From positions 1-21,220 of the forward strand of contig JAVKHQ010000041.1 of NCBI GenBank assembly GCA_031459875.1: a stretch of 21,220 bases of DNA, in the 5' to 3' direction. The translations under genes were made by a program, and so were the position numbers. The notes under the pieces are model-generated. The model made no database searches. It was given only the letters and a program-made list of their open reading frames with translations, and was not told where the DNA came from. The stretch comes from Candidatus Fervidifonticultor sextus. GTDB taxonomy: Bacteria; Sysuimicrobiota; Sysuimicrobiia; Sysuimicrobiales; Humicultoraceae. Within the stretch, counting starts at the first letter, position 1, and each line of letters starts with the position of its first letter. This document shows, in pieces, positions 16,292 to 21,220 of the stretch.

Positions 16292-17029
16292 GTGATCCTC
16301 GACGCCTACAATCACCTCTGGCGAGCCAGACCGAACTCCCCCGAACTCTTCATGCACCAAGCGCTCACTCCCGAGCGACTCATTGCCGAGATGGACCGTG
16401 GCGGCATCAACATGGCCGTGGTCTGCCCGCTCGGCCAGGACATGGACAACGAGTACATTGGTGAGGCCGTCAGGGCATACCCTGACCGCCTGATCGGGTT
16501 CCTGGAGGTCAACCCCCGCGACCCAGACGCCCCGGCACAGATCCATGCCCTGGTCGAACGGTATCGCTTCAAGGGGCTCAAGCTCCACCCCACGATGATG
16601 GGTCATCCGGTCAGTTCGCATCCGCTGATGGATCCGATCATGCGCGTCTGCGCCGAGTTGGGGCTCGCCGTGTACGGTCACTGCATGCACGACTTCTGGG
16701 CGGTGCCGCTACAGTATGAGGAACTGGCTCGTTCGTTTCCGAGCGTACCAGTGATCCTGGGACACATGGGAATCATCTGGTCGGTCTCCGAGGCCGGGAT
16801 GGTGGCGCGCCGCAACCCCAATGTGTACCTAGAGACCTCGCTCGTTCCTCTGCGAAGTCTCAAGATCGGTATCCAGGAGGCGGGTGCCGAGAAGGTTCTT
16901 ATGGGAACCGACTGGCCGGCCAACGATTTTGACCTACAACTGGAAATGGTGCGCCGGGCTACGGGCACAGCTGAGGCGTTTGAGCTCGTAGCCGGCGGAA
17001 ACCTCGCACGGATACTGGGGATCCGGTGA
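16292..17029 (+). CDS. Amidohydrolase_2 family metal-dependent hydrolase
   Basis: ILDAYNH, YPDRLIGF, GLKLHP, VILGHMG, NVYLETS, KVLMGTDWP, GGNLARIL. GGAGGG SD before GTG. Confidence 0.88.
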   Translation: MILDAYNHLWRARPNSPELFMHQALTPERLIAEMDRGGINMAVVCPLGQDMDNEYIGEAVRAYPDRLIGFLEVNPRDPDAPAQIHALVERYRFKGLKLHPTMMGHPVSSHPLMDPIMRVCAELGLAVYGHCMHDFWAVPLQYEELARSFPSVPVILGHMGIIWSVSEAGMVARRNPNVYLETSLVPLRSLKIGIQEAGAEKVLMGTDWPANDFDLQLEMVRRATGTAEAFELVAGGNLARILGIR

Positions 17030-18315
17030 CGACGCGCGATCTCATCCTCCGAGGAGCCAGGACGCTAGGGGCGCCGGAGACGGTCGACATCGCGATTGTC
17101 GACGGCTACATCGCCGCCGTCGGCCCGAATCACGATGCCGGCGAGACACTTGAGTTGGATGGCCGGCTCGTGCTACCTGCATTCGTAGATTCGCACGTGC
17201 ACCTGGACAAGGCGTTCCTTTGGGATAGCCCGTTGATGCACGGAAGGCGCGGGCCCGACGTCCTCCGCGCGCTGCGCACATTCAAGTCACGGGCGCACAA
17301 AGACGACTTGGAGCGGCGCATGCAACGGGCTTTGGAGCTCGCTACGCACAGCGGCACGACGGCCATGCGCGTCCAGGTGGATGTGGATGATGTGATCGGA
17401 TTGATCGGCCTTGAAGTTGCCCTGGAACTTCGCCGCCGTTGGGCTGATCGGCTGCGCATTCAGATCGTCGCCTTCCCTCAAGAGGGACTGCTCGGCCGGC
17501 CAGGGCTGATGCCCCTCCTCCGGCAGGCGCTGGCCTCAGGCGCCGATGCCGTCGGAGGAGGCCCGACATTTGACAGCGTGGCGCCCGGCGAGCACCTAGC
17601 GGCGGTCTTTGAGTTGGCCAGGGAATTCGACCGAGATGTTGATCTGCATGTGGACCTGAATACCCCACCGTCACGCCCGCCCCACCAGTGGGAAGTGGCG
17701 GAAGTCGCGCGGCTCACACGAGCGATCGGGTGGGAAGGCAGGGTCACCGTCGCCCATATGCGCGGACTGGGGGCGATGGCTCCCGAGGCGCTCGGCAGTC
17801 TACTGGGGGTCATGCAGGATGTCGGAATCAACGTCACCATTGTCCCTGGCGCGGAACTGCATATTGCACGTACCTGGTGGGATCCACCAGTCCGGGAGGT
17901 AAGCCGGGCCATGACCAACCTCGACGCGCTGCTCCAGGCCGGCATCACCACCAGCTACGCAACAGGCCATGTGCGCGACCCCTGGAACCCGCACGGGTCC
18001 GCCAACATGCTCCTGGACGCGTTCTTGCTGACGGCCTCCTACAACATGGGTGAGCCGGTCATCTCTGGGATCCCAGTGCTCCGCCTGGGGACTGATCTGC
18101 CCTGGCGATCACTCCGGCTCCCCGGCCCCTCGAACCTCGCCGTGGGACGGGAGGCCGATCTGGTGGTCCTGGACGCCAGGGACCACGACGCCGCCGTCAG
18201 GGCTCCGGTGGAGCCGTTCCTGGTACTCAAGGGCGGACACATAGTCGGCGGCTCGGCTCGGAGAGGGCCAGATCGTGCAGCGCATTCTGTGCAAGTACCT
18301 GATCGCCGATCCTGA
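17026..18315 (+). CDS. Cytosine deaminase (CodA)/AtzC-like amidohydrolase with divergent active site
   Basis: LPAFVDSHVHLDKA, IQIVAFPQEG, ADAVGG, DLHVD, VTVAH, VRDPWNPHG, GREADLVVLD. GTGA overlap with the upstream gene. Confidence 0.85.
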   Translation: MTTRDLILRGARTLGAPETVDIAIVDGYIAAVGPNHDAGETLELDGRLVLPAFVDSHVHLDKAFLWDSPLMHGRRGPDVLRALRTFKSRAHKDDLERRMQRALELATHSGTTAMRVQVDVDDVIGLIGLEVALELRRRWADRLRIQIVAFPQEGLLGRPGLMPLLRQALASGADAVGGGPTFDSVAPGEHLAAVFELAREFDRDVDLHVDLNTPPSRPPHQWEVAEVARLTRAIGWEGRVTVAHMRGLGAMAPEALGSLLGVMQDVGINVTIVPGAELHIARTWWDPPVREVSRAMTNLDALLQAGITTSYATGHVRDPWNPHGSANMLLDAFLLTASYNMGEPVISGIPVLRLGTDLPWRSLRLPGPSNLAVGREADLVVLDARDHDAAVRAPVEPFLVLKGGHIVGGSARRGPDRAAHSVQVPDRRS

Positions 18316-19774
18316 TCGGCTGCGCGACGGAGTCATCTCCGACGCAGCCCTGATCATCGATGGTGGACGTGTCCTCGCGGCCGGGCCTGCATGGCAGTTG
18401 CAGCAGGAGTTCGGTCATCTGCCCACCTTCGGCGACCCCGAAGGGTGGCTGGCTCTGCCGGGCTTGGTCAACGCGCACCACCACGGTCGAGGCCTCAGCA
18501 CAGTGGCGCTGGGGATCGATGATGCGCCGTTGGAATTCTGGCTCCCAGCGCTGTTGGGGGCGAGGCACCCGGACATCTACGCAAACACCGCATATGCCGC
18601 GGCACTGATGTTGCGCGCCGGCGTAACCACATCGATACACAGCCATGCGGGAGGCGGCACAGCCCAAGCATACCGGGCCAGCGTGGAGGATGCCCTGCGG
18701 GCCTATCACAATGTGGGTGTACGGGTCGCCCTGGCCATGGGGATCGCCGACCAACAGCTCCTCGCCTATCACCCTGATGCGTCGCTCATGGAAGAAGCTC
18801 CCAAACCTGTCCGTGCCCACGTGGCGCGATGGTTCGACCTCGCCCGTCCGTACATCGACACGGGGGACTACTTTGGACTGTTCGACGCTATCAGGGAACA
18901 GTGTGGCGAAGGCAGGCCCTACCCGCGCGCTACAGTGATGCTCAATCCCCGAGGACCGCAGTGGGCCACCGACGACCTCTTGGAGCAGGTTGGGTCCAGG
19001 GCGAGATTGACCGGGGCGGGCGTACACCTCCACCTGCTTGAGACACCGCTCCAGCGTATGGCGGCGTTCCGACGATGGCAGACAAGCGCGGTTGAAGCGC
19101 TCGATCGGCTCGGCGTGCTGGGGCCGCGCACGTCAGTGGCGCACGCGATCTGGCTCGACGAGGCCGATATCGACCGGCTGGCTGCGACCGGGACGACGGT
19201 GGTGACCAACACGAGTTCCAACCTACGACTCGGCAGCGGCCTAGCGCCTCTCCACGTGTTCCAGAAGCGCGGCGTGCATGTGGCCATCGGAACGGACAGT
19301 GCAGGTCTTTTCGCCGATGAGGACATGTGGAAGGAGATGCGATTGCTCGCTGCCGTCCACCGGATATCCGCGCAGCAAAGCCAGTGGCTGTCACCTTATG
19401 ATCTCCTCCGTATGGCGACGGTCGTCGGCGCTCGTGCCGCCTTGCTGGACGGCCAGGTCGGCCGTCTCCTCCCCGGCTACAGGGCGGACATCACCATCCT
19501 CAACCTCAAACGCGTCCGCACGCCGTACATGGATCCTCAGATTGATGAGGTCGGTCTCGCCTTGAGCCTTGCGCAGGCTTCAGACGTCGACACCGTGATG
19601 GTCGACGGTAACGAGTTGGTCCGTGGCGGAGCGTTTACCCGCCTGGACCTCGCAGCGCTCGCATCCGCACTGGCCAGGAGCGCTCGGGCCTCAGAGCCGG
19701 TGCGGAGGGAGATCGCGGAAATCCTTCCCGCGCTCCGCGCCTACCTGGCGACTGTCTACGGGGCATGGACATGA
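18275..19774 (+). CDS. Amidohydrolase of the AtzA/TrzA/MTA-SAH deaminase/SsnA-like group
   Basis: LPGLVNAHHHG, GVTT, VHLHLLET, VAHAIW, SSNLRLGSG, AIGTDS, GYRADI. All canonical metal ligands are present. Confidence 0.9.
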   Translation: MQRILCKYLIADPDRLRDGVISDAALIIDGGRVLAAGPAWQLQQEFGHLPTFGDPEGWLALPGLVNAHHHGRGLSTVALGIDDAPLEFWLPALLGARHPDIYANTAYAAALMLRAGVTTSIHSHAGGGTAQAYRASVEDALRAYHNVGVRVALAMGIADQQLLAYHPDASLMEEAPKPVRAHVARWFDLARPYIDTGDYFGLFDAIREQCGEGRPYPRATVMLNPRGPQWATDDLLEQVGSRARLTGAGVHLHLLETPLQRMAAFRRWQTSAVEALDRLGVLGPRTSVAHAIWLDEADIDRLAATGTTVVTNTSSNLRLGSGLAPLHVFQKRGVHVAIGTDSAGLFADEDMWKEMRLLAAVHRISAQQSQWLSPYDLLRMATVVGARAALLDGQVGRLLPGYRADITILNLKRVRTPYMDPQIDEVGLALSLAQASDVDTVMVDGNELVRGGAFTRLDLAALASALARSARASEPVRREIAEILPALRAYLATVYGAWT

Positions 19775-20967
19775 ACGGCGCAGACGTCGTGGCATTGGCC
19801 CAGCGGCTCGTAAGGGCCCAAAGCGTGATGGGCAACGAGGGGATCGCTGCGGATGTGGCTGAAGACGCCATGCGCAACCTAGGCTACGACGAGGTCTGGC
19901 GAGACGACCTCGGGAACCTCATCGGCGCTATCGGCGGCGGTCGGGGTGGCGCGGTCGTGCTCGACGGTCATCTCGACGTCGTAGATCCCGGCAACCTCGC
20001 AGCTTGGCGTGTCGATCCCTTCGCCGGCGAGGTGATTGACGGCGAGCTTCACGGCCGCGGGGCCGTGGACATGAAAGGGCCGCTGGCAGCCATGATCACC
20101 GGCGCGGCATTGCTGCGAGAGCGCCCACGCCACGCGCGGCGTACGGTCTTCGTCTCATGCACGGTTGGAGAAGAAACCGTTGAGGGTCTGGCCCTGCGGC
20201 CGGTGCTGGAGCGCCTTAGGCCTGATGCGGTGATCATCGGCGAGCCGACGGGAGGCCAGATCGCCGTGGGCCAGCGAGGCCGGGCCGAGATCGTCGTCGA
20301 GGCGCTGGGCCGGGGGGCGCATTCTGCCTATCCGGCCGAGGGCCGCAACAGCGCGGAGGCGATGGCGGATCTGATCGTTGCTTTCCGCGGCGTGGTGCTC
20401 CCGACCGATGAACTCCTCGGGTCAGCGTCGTTGGTGCTCACAGAGGTGACATCGTTCCCCAATCCGTCTTCTTCGACGATCCCCCATCTCACGCGGGCGG
20501 TCTACGATCGACGCCTGCTCCCAGGTGAAACGCCACAGGCGGTTCTGGCTCCCCTGCGCGCGGTTGCCGGGGCCGGCCGCAGTTCTTGCCGCGTTTTCAT
20601 CGCGCGCGCTGCATTGGTGACCTATCGAGGAGCATCTCTGGCTGGCGAGAAGTTCGCGCCTGCATGGAAGCTTCCTCCCGACCACCCCCTCATCGATGCG
20701 TCGGTGAAGGCACTGCAGACGGTCGGTCTGGTCGTCGATCGGAAGGTCTACGCCACCTGCACTAACGGCTCGGCCTCAGCCGGGTGGCTTGGGATCCCGA
20801 CCATCGGCTATGGTCCGGGCCAGAACGAGCGTTCACACACAACAGACGAGGCTATCGCGGTTTGGGAATTGGAGCAAGCAGTGCTGGGCTACGCAGCGCT
20901 GTCGTGGGGGGCGGCCACGGCATCCTTTCTCCCCCCACTTGCCCCACTTGACCAGCGAGCGCCATAG
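19771..20967 (+). CDS. M20 family metallohydrolase, YgeY/ArgE/DapE-like
   Basis: DDLGNLIG, LDGHLDVV, HGRGAVDMKG, TVGEE, IGEPT, GQRGRAE, AHSAYP, DRRLLPGET, TNGSASAG, GIPTIGYGPG, SHTTDE. ATGA overlap at 19771 (alternative ATG 19765). Confidence 0.9.
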   Translation: MNGADVVALAQRLVRAQSVMGNEGIAADVAEDAMRNLGYDEVWRDDLGNLIGAIGGGRGGAVVLDGHLDVVDPGNLAAWRVDPFAGEVIDGELHGRGAVDMKGPLAAMITGAALLRERPRHARRTVFVSCTVGEETVEGLALRPVLERLRPDAVIIGEPTGGQIAVGQRGRAEIVVEALGRGAHSAYPAEGRNSAEAMADLIVAFRGVVLPTDELLGSASLVLTEVTSFPNPSSSTIPHLTRAVYDRRLLPGETPQAVLAPLRAVAGAGRSSCRVFIARAALVTYRGASLAGEKFAPAWKLPPDHPLIDASVKALQTVGLVVDRKVYATCTNGSASAGWLGIPTIGYGPGQNERSHTTDEAIAVWELEQAVLGYAALSWGAATASFLPPLAPLDQRAP

Positions 20968-21114
20968 CGTCGAAACCTATTAAGGTCGAGGTAGCCCAGC
21001 GCCAGTTGACGCTTACGAGAGCGCCGCGCCGCGGTCAGAGCCAGTATACTGCTCGTAAGTTCATTCGACGGCACACGCCACAGCAAAGAGGTGCAGGACT
21101 ATGCAGGACCTCTG

Positions 21115-21220
21115 GAGGGTGTCCCGAGGTTAGTGGATTTTCGGGAGCACCCCTTGGTGGTCATTATGCCACCAACACCTCCTTTCCCTGCGTGATGACT
21201 TGCTGAAGCGCGACGCGCAA
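21115..21220 (-). mobile_element. Probable right end of an IS256-family element: last 18 codons of a CDS plus terminal inverted repeat
   Basis: Minus-strand frame entering from the window edge reads LRVALQQVITQGKEVLVA-TAA (stop 21164-21166). It is followed by AAAATCCACTAACCTCGGGACACCCTC ending at 21115. Both resemble IS256-type C-termini and ends as I recall them; the partner IR is outside the window. Confidence 0.5.

Noticed and set aside
19771..20967. Functional selenium link between the YgeY-like hydrolase and the Sec-glutaredoxin
   Set aside because: They lie on opposite sides of the inferred island border, no Se-dependent molybdenum hydroxylase genes are present, and the YgeY subfamily call is tentative.
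21085..21180. Glycine riboswitch (GGAC...CTCTGGAG)
   Set aside because: Lacks the CCGAAG and CTCTCAGG core elements.
21036..21185. CACCTCCTTT as a 16S rRNA 3' end, or as SD for a 42-aa minus-strand ORF starting at 21164
   Set aside because: No rRNA context. The bases are better explained as Lys-Glu-Val codons of the incoming CDS, and the small ORF crosses the putative IR with atypical codons.
21192..21206. GTGATGA...CTGA box C/D or K-loop-like motif
   Set aside because: Short, antisense to the putative transposase tail, with no supporting RNA context.
1..21220. CRISPR array, tRNA (including tRNA-Sec), rRNA
   Set aside because: No regularly spaced repeats or cloverleaf/rRNA signatures seen by eye in the intergenic gaps.

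Overview
High-GC bacterial window in two parts. Part 1 (1-12747, about 70% GC by eye) is a carbohydrate/glycogen region. It holds a partial ROK sugar kinase, an SPFH protein, a secreted helical protein, an orphan MalK-type ABC ATPase and a bifunctional PGI/PMI. A + strand run follows: hypothetical, MscS, NAD-dependent epimerase, GH57 branching enzyme, glgC, DUF3536 GH57 protein, glutaredoxin and CoA-binding protein. The glutaredoxin (12085-12318) is missing from the ORF track because an in-frame TGA sits at the first Cys position of its redox motif (U-L-F-C). That TGA is followed by a hairpin fitting the bacterial SECIS consensus, so the gene is very probably a selenoprotein. Part 2 (about 12748-21220) looks lower in GC with more A/T-ending codons. 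It carries a TRAP transporter (dctPQM), three amidohydrolases (two with altered metal/catalytic motifs) and a YgeY-like M20 hydrolase. It is bounded by a probable degenerate IS remnant on the left and a probable IS256-type end on the right, suggesting an acquired catabolic module for an unknown N-containing substrate. No rRNA, tRNA or CRISPR array was seen. Family calls come from motif recognition, not database searches.
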